Shown in pieces: positions 22,000-31,446 of a stretch of DNA of 48,586 bases. Source of the DNA: Bryobacterales bacterium (lineage in GTDB: Bacteria > Acidobacteriota > Terriglobia > Bryobacterales > Bryobacteraceae); assembly GCA_003136215.1 (NCBI GenBank), contig PLDO01000523.1, forward strand, positions 16,708 through 65,293, read 5' to 3'. The notes beneath the pieces are model-generated. The model ran no database searches and had not been told where the DNA came from. It saw only the letters and a list, made by a program, of their open reading frames with translations. Every line of letters begins with the position of its first letter. Positions within the stretch are counted from its first letter, which is position 1. The position numbers and the translations under genes were made by a program.

Positions 22000-22890
22000 A
22001 TGCCGGAACAGTATCGGCGGTATTTGCCGCTGGCGGCGGGAGCGGCCGTGGCGCTGCTCGCGTACCTGACGTTTTTCGCCGTGCGCGAGACCGAGTTCGT
22101 GTTGGTGACGCAGTTCGGCCGCCCCGTGCGGACCGTCATGGAGGCGGGACTCGGCGTGAAGTGGCCGTTTCAAAACGCCATTTACTTCGACCGCCGGTTG
22201 CGCGTCTACAATCCGCGGCCCTCGGAATTCCTTACTCGCGATAAGAAGAACGTAGTGATCGAGAACTACGTGGTGTGGAAGATCGAAGATCCGAACCGCT
22301 TCGTGCAGACGGTCAGCGACGCTGCGTCCGCGGAAATGAGGCTGCACGATATCGTGTGGTCGGGCCTCTCGGCCGCGCTGGGCACCCACGATTTGGATTC
22401 GCTGGTGGGCACCGATGCTCCGGCGGTGCAGACGGCTTCACTGCTGGACAGCCTGGCGAGTCTGACCGGCAAGACGGCGCTGGAGCAGTACGGAATTCAG
22501 GTGGTGGACGTGCGCATCAAGCGGCTGAACCTGCCCGAGCAGAACAAGCAGAGCGTCTACGCGCGCATGCGGGCCGAACGCGAACGCATCGCGCGCCAGT
22601 ACCGCGCCGAGGGCGAGGAGCAGGCGCTGAGCATCCGCGCCGATGCGGACCGGCAGAAGGAAGAGATCCTCTCGGCCGCTTACCGGGAAGCGGAAAAGGT
22701 GAAAGGCCATGGCGACGCCGAGTCGACGCGGATTTACGGGCAGGCGTACTCGAAGAACCCGGGTTTCTACCGGCTTTTACGGACGCTGGAATCGTACCGC
22801 AAGGTGCTGGACGATAAGACCACGGCCATTCTGAGTTCCGACTCGGACCTGCTGCGCGTGCTGACGAAAGGGGAGTCGGCGGCGCGATGA
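22000..22890 (+). CDS. hflC: HflC-like SPFH protein
   Basis: AAGGAG lies upstream. N-terminal TM, then FVLVTQFGRPV, GIQVVDVRIKRLNLPEQN, YARMRAERERIARQYRAEGEE, GHGDAES and NPGFYRLLRTLESY, which track E. coli HflC closely. Confidence 0.9.
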   Translation: MPEQYRRYLPLAAGAAVALLAYLTFFAVRETEFVLVTQFGRPVRTVMEAGLGVKWPFQNAIYFDRRLRVYNPRPSEFLTRDKKNVVIENYVVWKIEDPNRFVQTVSDAASAEMRLHDIVWSGLSAALGTHDLDSLVGTDAPAVQTASLLDSLASLTGKTALEQYGIQVVDVRIKRLNLPEQNKQSVYARMRAERERIARQYRAEGEEQALSIRADADRQKEEILSAAYREAEKVKGHGDAESTRIYGQAYSKNPGFYRLLRTLESYRKVLDDKTTAILSSDSDLLRVLTKGESAAR

Positions 22891-23879
22891 GCACCATCCC
22901 GCTGGAGGTGGAGAGCGCTGGTTTAGAGACGGGGCTTCAGCCGCCGCGGCCCGGAGTGCGACGTCTCGCGCCGCGCCGGATGTGGTTCGCGCTGCCCGCA
23001 CTCTGGGCGGCATCCGGGCTGTATCTGGTGGGGCCCGACCAGCAGGCGGTGGAAACGCTGGCAGGCCGCGTGGTGGCGCCGCGGGTGATGCCCGGTCTGC
23101 ACTACGCGCTGCCCTGGCCCATCGAAAGCGTTACCAGGTTGAAGGTGCTGCAACTGCGGCGATTGGAGGTAGGCGGCGACCTGCCGGACCGCGTGCTCGG
23201 GCGGACGCAGTCGATGCGGTCGCAGTTCCTGACCGGCGACCAGAACCTGATCCATCTGCGCGCGGTAGTGCAGTATTCCGTCGGGACTCCGGCCGACTAC
23301 CTGTTCCGGTCGGACGACCCGGTGCAACTGGTGGGCGCTACCGTGGAGTCGGAACTGGCGCGAAGGGTGGCGCGACGCCCGGTCGACGCGGTGCTGACCA
23401 CCGAGCGGATTGCCATTCAGAACGACGTCCGGACGGCGGCCCAGAAGTTGCTGAACGACTACCGCGCCGGAGTCCTGCTCTCCACGGTCAACATCGAGAG
23501 CGCGGCGCCGCCTCCGCAAGCCGCCGAGTCCTTCCGCGACGTAGCCAGCGCGCGCGCCGATACGTCGCGCATCGTCAGCCAGGCTCAGGGTTACGCCAAC
23601 GACCTGATCCCCAGGGCGCGCGGGCAGGCCCGGCAACTCTTGGAGGAGGCCGCGGGGTACCGGCAGAGGAAGGTCGATGAGGCAGCCGGCGATGCCTCGC
23701 GCTTCAACCAGGTGGCGGCCGAGTACGACCGCGCCGCGCTGGTGACCCGGCGGCGGCTCTACCTGGAGACGATGGAGGAGGTCTTGCCGCGGATCCGGAA
23801 GCTGATCGTCGATCCGGCCGGAAATCTCGATTTGACAATCATTCGTAAGGGCGATGCGCCCGCGGGTGCCAAACCGTAG
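22887..23879 (+). CDS. hflK: HflK-like SPFH protein (second HflK paralogue of the locus)
   Basis: ATGA overlap with hflC. TM segment (MWFALPALWAASGLYLV), then LTGDQNLIHLRAVVQY, SFRDVASARADTSRIVSQAQGY, RRRLYLETMEEVL. Confidence 0.88.
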   Translation: MSTIPLEVESAGLETGLQPPRPGVRRLAPRRMWFALPALWAASGLYLVGPDQQAVETLAGRVVAPRVMPGLHYALPWPIESVTRLKVLQLRRLEVGGDLPDRVLGRTQSMRSQFLTGDQNLIHLRAVVQYSVGTPADYLFRSDDPVQLVGATVESELARRVARRPVDAVLTTERIAIQNDVRTAAQKLLNDYRAGVLLSTVNIESAAPPPQAAESFRDVASARADTSRIVSQAQGYANDLIPRARGQARQLLEEAAGYRQRKVDEAAGDASRFNQVAAEYDRAALVTRRRLYLETMEEVLPRIRKLIVDPAGNLDLTIIRKGDAPAGAKP

Positions 23880-24362
23880 ATGAAACGGAAAATGCAGGCA
23901 CGCGCATTGGCGGTGGCCGCGCTCGCGGCGCTGTTGGGACTTGGAGTCGCGCGTAAGGCTGGTTGGATCGGGCCGGCGGTCACGCCCGCCGGCACCGAGG
24001 ATGCGGTTTCCGCGGCCATCTATGCCACCATCGATGCGGCGCGGGCAGGAGACGCCAGCCGCTATCTGGCCGGCTATACGGGGCCGATGCGGGTCGCCCT
24101 CCAACGGTCGCTGGACGATGGCGGCGCTGCCGCGTTCGCCCGCTACTTGCGAAGCTTGGATGCCGGAGTGAAGGGCCTCGCGGTTTGGGTAGAAAGCGGC
24201 GCCGGGCGGGAAGCGAAGGCGCGGGTAGAGTATGTTTACCAGGAGCGGAATGAAGTGCAGGTGCTGCACCTGGAGAAGGACACGGGCATCTGGCGAATCG
24301 CGCGAACCGAGGGCGATCAAGCTGTCAAGGCGGCGATCCCGTACGGAACGCCGATCCGGTAG
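23880..24362 (+). CDS. Small membrane-anchored/secreted protein, unknown function
   Basis: The ATG is the nucleotide right after the hflK-like TAG. Signal/anchor sequence MKRKMQARALAVAALAALLGLGVA. 160 aa with no motif I recognise. Confidence 0.65.
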   Translation: MKRKMQARALAVAALAALLGLGVARKAGWIGPAVTPAGTEDAVSAAIYATIDAARAGDASRYLAGYTGPMRVALQRSLDDGGAAAFARYLRSLDAGVKGLAVWVESGAGREAKARVEYVYQERNEVQVLHLEKDTGIWRIARTEGDQAVKAAIPYGTPIR

Positions 24363-24517
24363 TTCGCCGCGGCCTTTGTCCGCGTCTTGCAGTGCGACGA
24401 GTCGAAGCGGCGGTTATCCTTATCCCTACGCGTCCTCTTCATCGGCCACCTCCTATGCGGCGATATAGACTGGAGTATCACACAGCACGAATTGAGACGT
24501 TGTCCAGGGATTCCGCG

Positions 24518-25501
24518 ATGAACCATGTCGAACGTTTTCGGGCGCTGATGAATTTCCATCCTGTGGACCGGCTGCCGCGATGGGAATGGGCCATGTGGTG
24601 GGACCTCACCATCGAGCGCTGGCACCGCGAGGGCCTGCCGGCGAACCTGAACGATGTCTTCGAGATCTCGCAACACTTCGGCCTGGACCCCTATAAGCAG
24701 TTCTGGTTCAGCACCACCCTTCCGACCATCGAGGCCGTCCAGCACCATGTCGAGGGCACTGTCTCCACCATGGACGACTACCTGCGCATCCGGCCCTCGT
24801 TGTATCCCGACCACCGTGCCGCGATCTCCGCCATGCAGCCCTGGGCAAGAAGACAGGCCGAAGGCGAGGTCGTCGTGTGGACCACGCTGGAGGGGTTCTT
24901 CTGGTTTCCTCGCACGCTACTCGGATTTGAGAGGCTGATGCTGGCGTACTACGATCAGCCGGAACTGATTCACCAGATCAACCGCGATCTGCTGGAGTTC
25001 AACCTGCGCCTGTTGGAACAAATCGGCCGAACCTGTGTTCCCACGTTCACCACCATCGCCGAGGACATGTCCTACAACCTTGGCCCCATGGTTTCGCGCC
25101 GCATCTGCGATCAGTTCTTGACTCCCTATTACGTCCGCTTGCTGGAGCAGGTCAAGGACATGAATATCATCACCGTGGTGGACACCGACGGCGATGTGAC
25201 CAGGCTCGTGCCGTGGCTCCAAGCCGTCGGAGTCGAAGGCGTTCTGCCTCTGGAACGGCAGGCCGGCGTCGATGGCATGACCCTGCGTGAGAAATATCCC
25301 ACGCTGCGGATGGTGGGCCACTACAACAAGCGTGTGATGCACCTGGGCGAGGCCGCCATGCGAGAGGAGTTCGAGCGGTTGGTCCCGTTGATGCGGTCGG
25401 GTGGCTTTCTTCCCAGCGTCGACCACCAGACCCCTCCGGAAGTCTCACTCGTTGACTATCGGTTGTATCTGCGGTTGCTGGAGGAGTACATGGCCCTCTG
25501 A
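24518..25501 (+). CDS. Uroporphyrinogen-decarboxylase (URO-D) family protein (weak family call)
   Basis: The track ORF is trimmed to the ATG at 24518 (MNHVERFRALMNFHPVDRLPRWE). Length (~327 aa) and overall pattern resemble PF01208-type URO-D/MtaA-like proteins. Recognition is from memory only. Confidence 0.6.
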   Translation: MNHVERFRALMNFHPVDRLPRWEWAMWWDLTIERWHREGLPANLNDVFEISQHFGLDPYKQFWFSTTLPTIEAVQHHVEGTVSTMDDYLRIRPSLYPDHRAAISAMQPWARRQAEGEVVVWTTLEGFFWFPRTLLGFERLMLAYYDQPELIHQINRDLLEFNLRLLEQIGRTCVPTFTTIAEDMSYNLGPMVSRRICDQFLTPYYVRLLEQVKDMNIITVVDTDGDVTRLVPWLQAVGVEGVLPLERQAGVDGMTLREKYPTLRMVGHYNKRVMHLGEAAMREEFERLVPLMRSGGFLPSVDHQTPPEVSLVDYRLYLRLLEEYMAL

Positions 25502-25545
25502 TCGCCTCCGTCACTTTCTCCTGAACATCTGGTAAAGTTGGGCTG

Positions 25546-26664
25546 ATGTTGTTCGTCCTCCTCTGTTTGCTGGTTGCGGCGCTATCCGGCGCAGACCTGC
25601 CGCGATGGCGGGAGACCACGGTTACCGGCTCCCTGAAGATGGGCTATCAGCTGGTAGTGGCCGACCTGAACCGCGACGGCCGGCCCGACCTCATCGTGGT
25701 GGATGAGCGCGGCACCGAACTCGCCTGGTACGAGAATCCCACATGGGAGCGTCACGTAATCGTCAAAGACGTGCCGCGCACCATCAATCTCGACGTCTAC
25801 GATTACGACGGCGACGGCATTCCGGAAATTGCCATGGGGCACAACTTTGAGACCGTGCCGGAGAAGAGCATAGGCAATGTGCTCATCCTCAAGAGTGGGC
25901 CGGACCCCCGGCAGCCCTGGACGGCGCGGGAGATCGACCGCATCCCCACCGTCCACCGTCTGCGCTGGATCGATCTCAAGGGCGATGGCAAGAAGGTGCT
26001 GCTGGTGGCGCCGATGATTGGGTCGAAGTCCACTCCGCCGGACTACGCGGACAACGTGCCGGTCTACCTTTATCGACCCGGCGAGTGGAAGCGCGAGCTG
26101 TTCACCAATCAGCCCCGCGGCATTCTCCACAGCATCACGCCGGTCCGCTGGCAGGGTCGCGGCGAGCAACTCATGACGGCCGACTTTCTCGGCATCCGCG
26201 TGTTCCTGGCCCACGGCCCGGTGGAGATCTCCAAGGGAGACCCAAGGCAGTGCCCGCAATGCGGCAGCAGCGAGATCAAGATCGGCCATCTGGGCAAGCG
26301 CCGGTTCATCGCCGCCATCGAGCCCTGGCACGGCAACCAGGTCGTGGTCTACACCGAAGAGGGGAAAGCCTGGAAGCGCCATGTGATCGAGGACGCCATG
26401 ATCAACGGCCACGCCCTTGCGGTCGGCGATCTCAATGGCGACGGCCGCGATGAGATCGTTGCCGGGTTCCGGGGCCAGGGATTTCAGCTTTACATATTCA
26501 CCGCTGACGACGAGACGGGAAGCCGGTGGACGCGCCACGTTCTCGATCCGGGGGGCATAGCCGCCGCGGACTGCAAGATCGCGGATTTCAATGGTGATGG
26601 CCGCCCCGCCGTCGCATGTTCCGGCGCGTCCACTGCGAACGTGAAACTCTACAGCCCACGCTAG
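25546..26664 (+). CDS. Secreted FG-GAP/VCBS repeat protein
   Basis: Signal peptide, then repeated Ca-binding-like motifs: VADLNRDGRPDLIVV, YDYDGDGIPEIAMG, IDLKGDGKKVLLVA, VGDLNGDGRDEIVAG, IADFNGDGRPAVAC. Confidence 0.85.
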   Translation: MLFVLLCLLVAALSGADLPRWRETTVTGSLKMGYQLVVADLNRDGRPDLIVVDERGTELAWYENPTWERHVIVKDVPRTINLDVYDYDGDGIPEIAMGHNFETVPEKSIGNVLILKSGPDPRQPWTAREIDRIPTVHRLRWIDLKGDGKKVLLVAPMIGSKSTPPDYADNVPVYLYRPGEWKRELFTNQPRGILHSITPVRWQGRGEQLMTADFLGIRVFLAHGPVEISKGDPRQCPQCGSSEIKIGHLGKRRFIAAIEPWHGNQVVVYTEEGKAWKRHVIEDAMINGHALAVGDLNGDGRDEIVAGFRGQGFQLYIFTADDETGSRWTRHVLDPGGIAAADCKIADFNGDGRPAVACSGASTANVKLYSPR

Positions 26665-26717
26665 GAATCCCTGGCGGCAGCCTCGCTGGGTGCGCGACAT
26701 AGAAGTGGATTGCAGGC

Positions 26718-26849
26718 CACGGATCAACACAGATGAACGCGGATAAGCCATTTGCTTTCATCAGTGTCCATCCGTGTATATCCGTGGCCAGTCTTCTTTT
26801 CTCACGTTCTCAGTAGCGGCTCTGCCCGAAGTAGGTTGTACGCACGGAT
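26718..26849. promoter_or_regulatory. Array of five CACGGAT/ATCCGTG heptamers in the low-GC spacer upstream of the biosynthetic cluster
   Basis: CACGGAT at 26718-26724, cGCGGAT at 26738-26744, ATCCGTG at 26770-26776 and 26780-26786 (10-nt phasing), and CACGGAT at 26843-26849. CCACGGAT (26717) and ATCCGTGG (26780) form an 8-bp inverted repeat. Confidence 0.45.
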
Positions 26850-26912
26850 AACCTCCATTGACGGGCGCTTGGGAGCCTCGCTCGAATCTAGTGTTACAGC
26901 GGTAAGTGATAG

Positions 26913-26918
26913 TATAAT
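26913..26918 (+). promoter_or_regulatory. Candidate -10 box (TATAAT) for the cluster operon
   Basis: A perfect TATAAT lies 62 nt upstream of the proposed GTG start. The only -35 candidate is a poor one (GTTACA, 14-nt spacing). Confidence 0.3.
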
Positions 26919-26979
26919 TAACGGCTTGGAGTCGTTGACGCAATCCGCGCTGCCGTCCGGCACAGGAAAAGGACCGAGG

Positions 26980-27945
26980 GTGGAGATCTCGGTGGTAGCT
27001 CCCGTATATAAGTGTGGCGATTGCGTTGCCGAACTCCACCGCCAGTTGGTATCCGCACTGCAACCCCTGGTGGCCTCCTTCGAGATCGTTCTGGTCAACG
27101 ACGGGTGTCCGGACAATTCCTGGGAGGCGGTCCGCGGGGTGGCCGCGCTCGACCGCCGGGTCAAAGCCATCAACCTCTCCCGCAATTTCGGCCAGTGTTA
27201 TGCGATTGCCGCCGGCGTCCATCACAGCTCCGGCAATTGGGTGGTGGTGATGGACTGCGACCTGCAGGACCGCCCCGACGAGATCCCCAACCTTTACCGC
27301 AAAGCCCTGGAGGGCTACGACATCGTCTACGCGCTGCGCCACAACCGGCAGGACACGTGGGGAAAGCGCGCCCTTTCGCGCGGCTTCGGGTCGCTTTACA
27401 ATCTTCTGAGCGACATAAAGATCCTTCCGAACGCCTGCAATTTCTCCATTGCCTCGCGGCAGGTGATCGAAGGCTACTGCCGTCTTAAGGAACTCAACCG
27501 CTCCTATCACCTGCTGCTGCGCTGGCTCGGTTTCCGTTACACGTATCTTCAGGTCGAGCACGCGGACCGTTTTGCCGGCGGCAGCGCCTACAACATCCGG
27601 CGGGGGATTCTGCTGGCCATCGAGTCGGTCACCTCGCAATCCAACAAACCGCTGATTCTGTCCATCCGCGCCGGCTTCCTGATGTCCGGCTCCGCCCTGC
27701 TGGTCGGTCTGTACTTCATCCTCCGTTACCTGGCGCACGGCATCGGTGTAACCGGGTGGACCAGCATGATTGTGGCCATCTTCTTCATCGGCGGGCTGAT
27801 TCTGGCCAACCTGGGGGTGGTGGGCTTATACCTGGGCAAAGTTTTCAATGAGGTGAAGGAACGGCCGCTGTACCTCGTCAAGGAAACGCTGAACTTCGAG
27901 ACTGCCGGGGCGGACGAAACTGTAAGCACTCCGACGAAGCCGTGA
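26980..27945 (+). CDS. GT2 polyprenyl-phosphate glycosyltransferase (ArnC/GtrB type)
   Basis: The track ORF (TTG at 26752) is trimmed to the GTG at 26980, preceded by AAAAGGACCGAGG. The product starts VEISVVAPVYKCGDC. Motifs are VLVNDGCPDNS, INLSRNFGQ and VVVMDCDLQDRPDEIP, with two C-terminal TM helices as in ArnC/GtrB. Confidence 0.85.
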   Translation: MEISVVAPVYKCGDCVAELHRQLVSALQPLVASFEIVLVNDGCPDNSWEAVRGVAALDRRVKAINLSRNFGQCYAIAAGVHHSSGNWVVVMDCDLQDRPDEIPNLYRKALEGYDIVYALRHNRQDTWGKRALSRGFGSLYNLLSDIKILPNACNFSIASRQVIEGYCRLKELNRSYHLLLRWLGFRYTYLQVEHADRFAGGSAYNIRRGILLAIESVTSQSNKPLILSIRAGFLMSGSALLVGLYFILRYLAHGIGVTGWTSMIVAIFFIGGLILANLGVVGLYLGKVFNEVKERPLYLVKETLNFETAGADETVSTPTKP

Positions 27946-27958
27946 TCCGACGACCGCC

Positions 27959-29497
27959 ATGCAAATCAATATCCTCGAGTACCTGGAGAAGGGCGCTGTA
28001 AGGCAGCACCCCGACAGGATTGCCATCGTCGATGCGCCGCGCTCCTACACCTTCGCCGAACTGGAGCGTTACGCAAAGCGGTGTGCTACCCTGCTGATCC
28101 GCCGGGCCGACGTCACCTCCCGGCCGGTCGCGGTGTTTCTGCCGAAGTCGGCGAGTGTGGTCTTCGCTGACCTGGGCATCGTCTACAGCGGCAACATTTA
28201 CGCCAATCTCGATATCAAGTCCCCGGCGCAAAGAGTGAAGGGGATCATCGGCAACATCGCTCCCGTCCTGGTGGTCACTTCACGGGCCCTCGCCCCGCAA
28301 CTTGCCGCCATCGGCGTGCCGGACGCCGATCTCTTTTTCATCGAAGAGATCGAGGACGAAGCCGTGCAGCCGGATGGGCCGGCCCTGTGGCGGCGCCTTG
28401 AATCCGTCATCGACACCGATCCGCTCTGCATCATCCACACGTCGGGATCCACCGGACTCCCCAAGGGTGTGGCGCTCAGCCACCGCGGCACCATCGACTT
28501 CATGGACTGGTGTTTCGAAAGGCTGAAGCTCGACGGCAGCGAGCGCATCGGCAGCCTGTCGCCCTTCTATTTCGACATTTACACGCTGGAATTGAACCTC
28601 TGCATCGCCAAGGGGGCCACGCTGGTCATCATCCCCGACCAGCTTGGTATCTTCCCCGCCAAACTGGTGGAGTTCCTGGCGGAGCAGGCCATCAGCTTCG
28701 TGTTTTGGGTGCCATCCATCATGGTCACCATCTGCAACCAGGGACTGCTGGAGGCGTTCGACCTATCGGCCCTGAAGACCGTTTTCTTCGCCGGCGAAGT
28801 CTTTCCCATGAAGCACCTGAACCACTGGCGCCGGGCGCTTCCGGGGGCGATGTTCGTCAACTTATACGGGCCTATCGAGATCACGGTGGATTGCACCTAC
28901 TTCGTGCTGGACCGCGAATTCGCCGACGATGAGGGTCTGCCCATCGGCTTCCCGTGCCGCAACACCGGCATCCTGATCCTCAACGAGAACAACCGGCCCT
29001 GCGCAGTCGAGGAGCGCGGCGAGCTCTGCGTGCGGGGCACTTCGCTCGCCATGGGGTATTGGAACGATCCCGAAAAGACCACGAAAGCCTTCGTGCAGAA
29101 CCCGCTGAACACGAGCTGCCCGGAGCTGATTTACCGCACCGGAGACCAGGTCTACCGCAACGCCCGCGGCGAAATCATGTTCGTCGGACGCCTGGACTTC
29201 CAGATCAAGCACATGGGCTACCGCATCGAACTGCCGGAGATCGAGTACCAGGTGCTGGCCATCGAGCAGATCGCCAACGCGTGCGTCCTATATAACAACG
29301 GTAAGAAAGAAATCACGCTCTTTTACGAGACCCGGGGCGAAGATCTATCGCCGGCTGCCATCCGCCGGACGCTCTCGCAGATCTTCCCCAAGTACATGCT
29401 GCCCACGGCGTTTCACCAGATGCAGGAACTGCCGCGCAATCCCAACGGGAAGATCGACCGCAACGGGTTGAGCGTCAAACTGGAGCAGATGGCGTGA
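27959..29497 (+). CDS. Stand-alone adenylation enzyme (DltA-like amino acid/carboxylate--carrier protein ligase)
   Basis: A-domain core motifs: IIHTSGSTGLPKGV, FAGEVF, LYGPIEITV, YRTGDQV, GRLDFQIKHMGYRIELPEIE, NPNGKIDRN. Confidence 0.92.
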   Translation: MQINILEYLEKGAVRQHPDRIAIVDAPRSYTFAELERYAKRCATLLIRRADVTSRPVAVFLPKSASVVFADLGIVYSGNIYANLDIKSPAQRVKGIIGNIAPVLVVTSRALAPQLAAIGVPDADLFFIEEIEDEAVQPDGPALWRRLESVIDTDPLCIIHTSGSTGLPKGVALSHRGTIDFMDWCFERLKLDGSERIGSLSPFYFDIYTLELNLCIAKGATLVIIPDQLGIFPAKLVEFLAEQAISFVFWVPSIMVTICNQGLLEAFDLSALKTVFFAGEVFPMKHLNHWRRALPGAMFVNLYGPIEITVDCTYFVLDREFADDEGLPIGFPCRNTGILILNENNRPCAVEERGELCVRGTSLAMGYWNDPEKTTKAFVQNPLNTSCPELIYRTGDQVYRNARGEIMFVGRLDFQIKHMGYRIELPEIEYQVLAIEQIANACVLYNNGKKEITLFYETRGEDLSPAAIRRTLSQIFPKYMLPTAFHQMQELPRNPNGKIDRNGLSVKLEQMA

Positions 29498-31146
29498 TCC
29501 GGGCTGAAAGTACTCCCCGGTCAGTAATCGTCGGGCAGGGTCCCCTGGCGCTTCACTGCGCCAATGTCTTGTCGAAGGGCGGGCACGAACTGGTGGCGGT
29601 GTCTACGGTTGACGATCGTTTCCGGAAGTGGGCGCAACGGCAGGGTATACCGGTAGTCGACGACCTCTCGGCCATTCCTTCACTTTCCCACTCCACCCCA
29701 TTCGATTACCTTTTTAGCATCGTGAACTACCGGATTTTGCCCGCTTCCTTGCTGAAGGCGCCGCGACGCTTCGCCGTGAACTATCACGATGCATTGCTAC
29801 CGCGATATGCGGGTACCTACGCCACAACTTGGGCGATCATGAACGGAGAAAGCCGGCACGGAATCACGTGGCATATCATGACGGAGGAAGTGGATGCCGG
29901 CGACATCTTGAAGCAGGTCGCTTTTCCGATTGGGCCTGAAGATACCGCCGCCTCCCTGAACGTGAGGTGTCACTATGAAGCCATCGGGGCGTTTTCGAGG
30001 TTGGTCGATGAACTGAGCGCTGGAACTGAACGTCGGATACCGCAGGATCTGAGCGCGCGCACGTACTTCGAGCTTTCGGCCCGGCCCGAAGCGGGCTGCC
30101 TGATTTCATTCGACTCGGCTGCACGGAATGTGGATTGTTTTGTCAGGGCGCTCACCTTCGGATCGCATCCAAATCCCATCGGCAGTCCGAAGATCAGCGT
30201 TGGCGAACGCTACTTCGCGGTTGGAAAAGCCGAGATCACGCCCTGCGAATCGACCGCAGCGCCCGGCGTCGTAACAGGTATAGATGATGATGCTCTACTT
30301 GTTGCCACCATAACCCAGAACGTCAGACTGAGCGGCGTTACTTCACTTCGTGGTGGCGAGATCACCACCGCAGTGTTGCGCGAACGCCATGAACTAGCAA
30401 TCGGCACGCATCTGAACAGCATCGATACGGTCTCCCGGGGTCGCATCACGACTCTCCATCAGCGCGCTTGCCGGCATGAAGGGTATTGGGCCGGGCGGCT
30501 TGCAGGAATTCAGCCGGCTGCCTTCGAAATCGAGGGCTGCACGTACACAAGGCCGCGCGGGCACTGGCGGACGCTGGAAGTCCATCTCAATGAAGCGTGG
30601 GCGGCAACGCTGGACTCGTGTTTCGGCGGGGTTTCCTGGGCTGAAGCGTTGCTGGCTCTAAGCGTGGTTTTTCTTTCGCAGGAGGCCAGCTTGGGCCGGG
30701 ACTTTGGGTTCGTCGACTCCGAACTCGCGGACGAATTGACGGGTTTGGAGGAACTGTTTGCTGTTTGCGTACCCGTGCACGTGGACAGTGCGTGCCCGGC
30801 GACGACAGCACGTCAGATGACCGAGTGCGTCCTGAAAGACCTCAAGAAACTGACGAAGCGCCAAACTTACCTGAGAGATATCGTCATTCGTTATCCAGGC
30901 ATGAATCTGACTGACTTGAACGGAGACCCCGGGAGTGATTCGCTGACCCTGTATCCCATCGTTTTCTGTCTAAACCATGGCGACCTAAACGATCGGTTGT
31001 TCGGGACTCAGATGACGGTTAGCATCGGTCTAAACCGGAAGTTATGCCAGTGGCACTACGATGGTGCGGCGATTCCGGAGACCTCCGTTGCGGCCCTCAT
31101 GGCGCGTTTTGTCCGATTCGCCGTACGCGCTCTTTCTGAACCATAG
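29494..31146 (+). CDS. Formyltransferase-fold domain fused to a C-terminal region resembling the second half of an NRPS condensation domain
   Basis: GTGA overlap with the upstream gene. The N-terminal part has VNYHDALLPRYAG (the N-x-H-x-x-LLP motif) and EEVDAGDIL (catalytic Asp region), as in Fmt/ArnA/sugar N-formyltransferases. The C-terminal ~250 aa (YWAGRLAGIQP..., AEALLALSVVFLSQE, DFGFVDS...LFAVCVPVHVD) resemble the C4-C5 region of condensation domains, but I cannot see an HHxxxDG motif. Confidence 0.8.
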   Translation: MIRAESTPRSVIVGQGPLALHCANVLSKGGHELVAVSTVDDRFRKWAQRQGIPVVDDLSAIPSLSHSTPFDYLFSIVNYRILPASLLKAPRRFAVNYHDALLPRYAGTYATTWAIMNGESRHGITWHIMTEEVDAGDILKQVAFPIGPEDTAASLNVRCHYEAIGAFSRLVDELSAGTERRIPQDLSARTYFELSARPEAGCLISFDSAARNVDCFVRALTFGSHPNPIGSPKISVGERYFAVGKAEITPCESTAAPGVVTGIDDDALLVATITQNVRLSGVTSLRGGEITTAVLRERHELAIGTHLNSIDTVSRGRITTLHQRACRHEGYWAGRLAGIQPAAFEIEGCTYTRPRGHWRTLEVHLNEAWAATLDSCFGGVSWAEALLALSVVFLSQEASLGRDFGFVDSELADELTGLEELFAVCVPVHVDSACPATTARQMTECVLKDLKKLTKRQTYLRDIVIRYPGMNLTDLNGDPGSDSLTLYPIVFCLNHGDLNDRLFGTQMTVSIGLNRKLCQWHYDGAAIPETSVAALMARFVRFAVRALSEP

Positions 31147-31191
31147 TGATTCGGAGTGTGTCCTTCCTGCAATGATCGTTGAATCCGTACT

Positions 31192-31446
31192 ATGAACTAC
31201 AATGGAGACACGGCTTCGATGAAAACTATCGTAGAAGTGCTTACCGCAATCCGCCCGGAATTCGATTTCACTACCTCACAGGATTTCGTCGGCGACGGAA
31301 TGCTGGACTCCTACGACATTGTGACGCTGGTGTCGGACCTGGACGCGGCTTACGGGATTTCCATCTCGGGATTGGATATCGTCCCGGAGAACTTTCAGAA
31401 CATCGCCTCCATCCAAAAGCTGCTGCAAAAATACGGACAAGCATGA
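31192..31446 (+). CDS. Carrier protein 1 (DltC/PCP-like)
   Basis: The GDGMLDSYDIV phosphopantetheine-serine motif sits in a 75-84 aa acidic helical protein. An alternative ATG at 31219 has GGAGA 10 nt upstream. Confidence 0.85.
   Translation: MNYNGDTASMKTIVEVLTAIRPEFDFTTSQDFVGDGMLDSYDIVTLVSDLDAAYGISISGLDIVPENFQNIASIQKLLQKYGQA

Noticed and set aside
26752-26979. TTG-initiated N-terminal extension of the ArnC-like GT2 ORF
   Set aside because: The extension lies in the low-GC spacer and has a non-protein-like sequence. It contains the heptamer array and a TATAAT box. The GTG at 26980 gives a canonical GT2 N-terminus with an upstream purine-rich stretch.
31179-31442. Upstream extension of the KAS III ORF
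   Set aside because: It overlaps carrier protein 1 in another frame. The ATG at 31443 gives a normal FabH-like N-terminus and an ATGA coupling.
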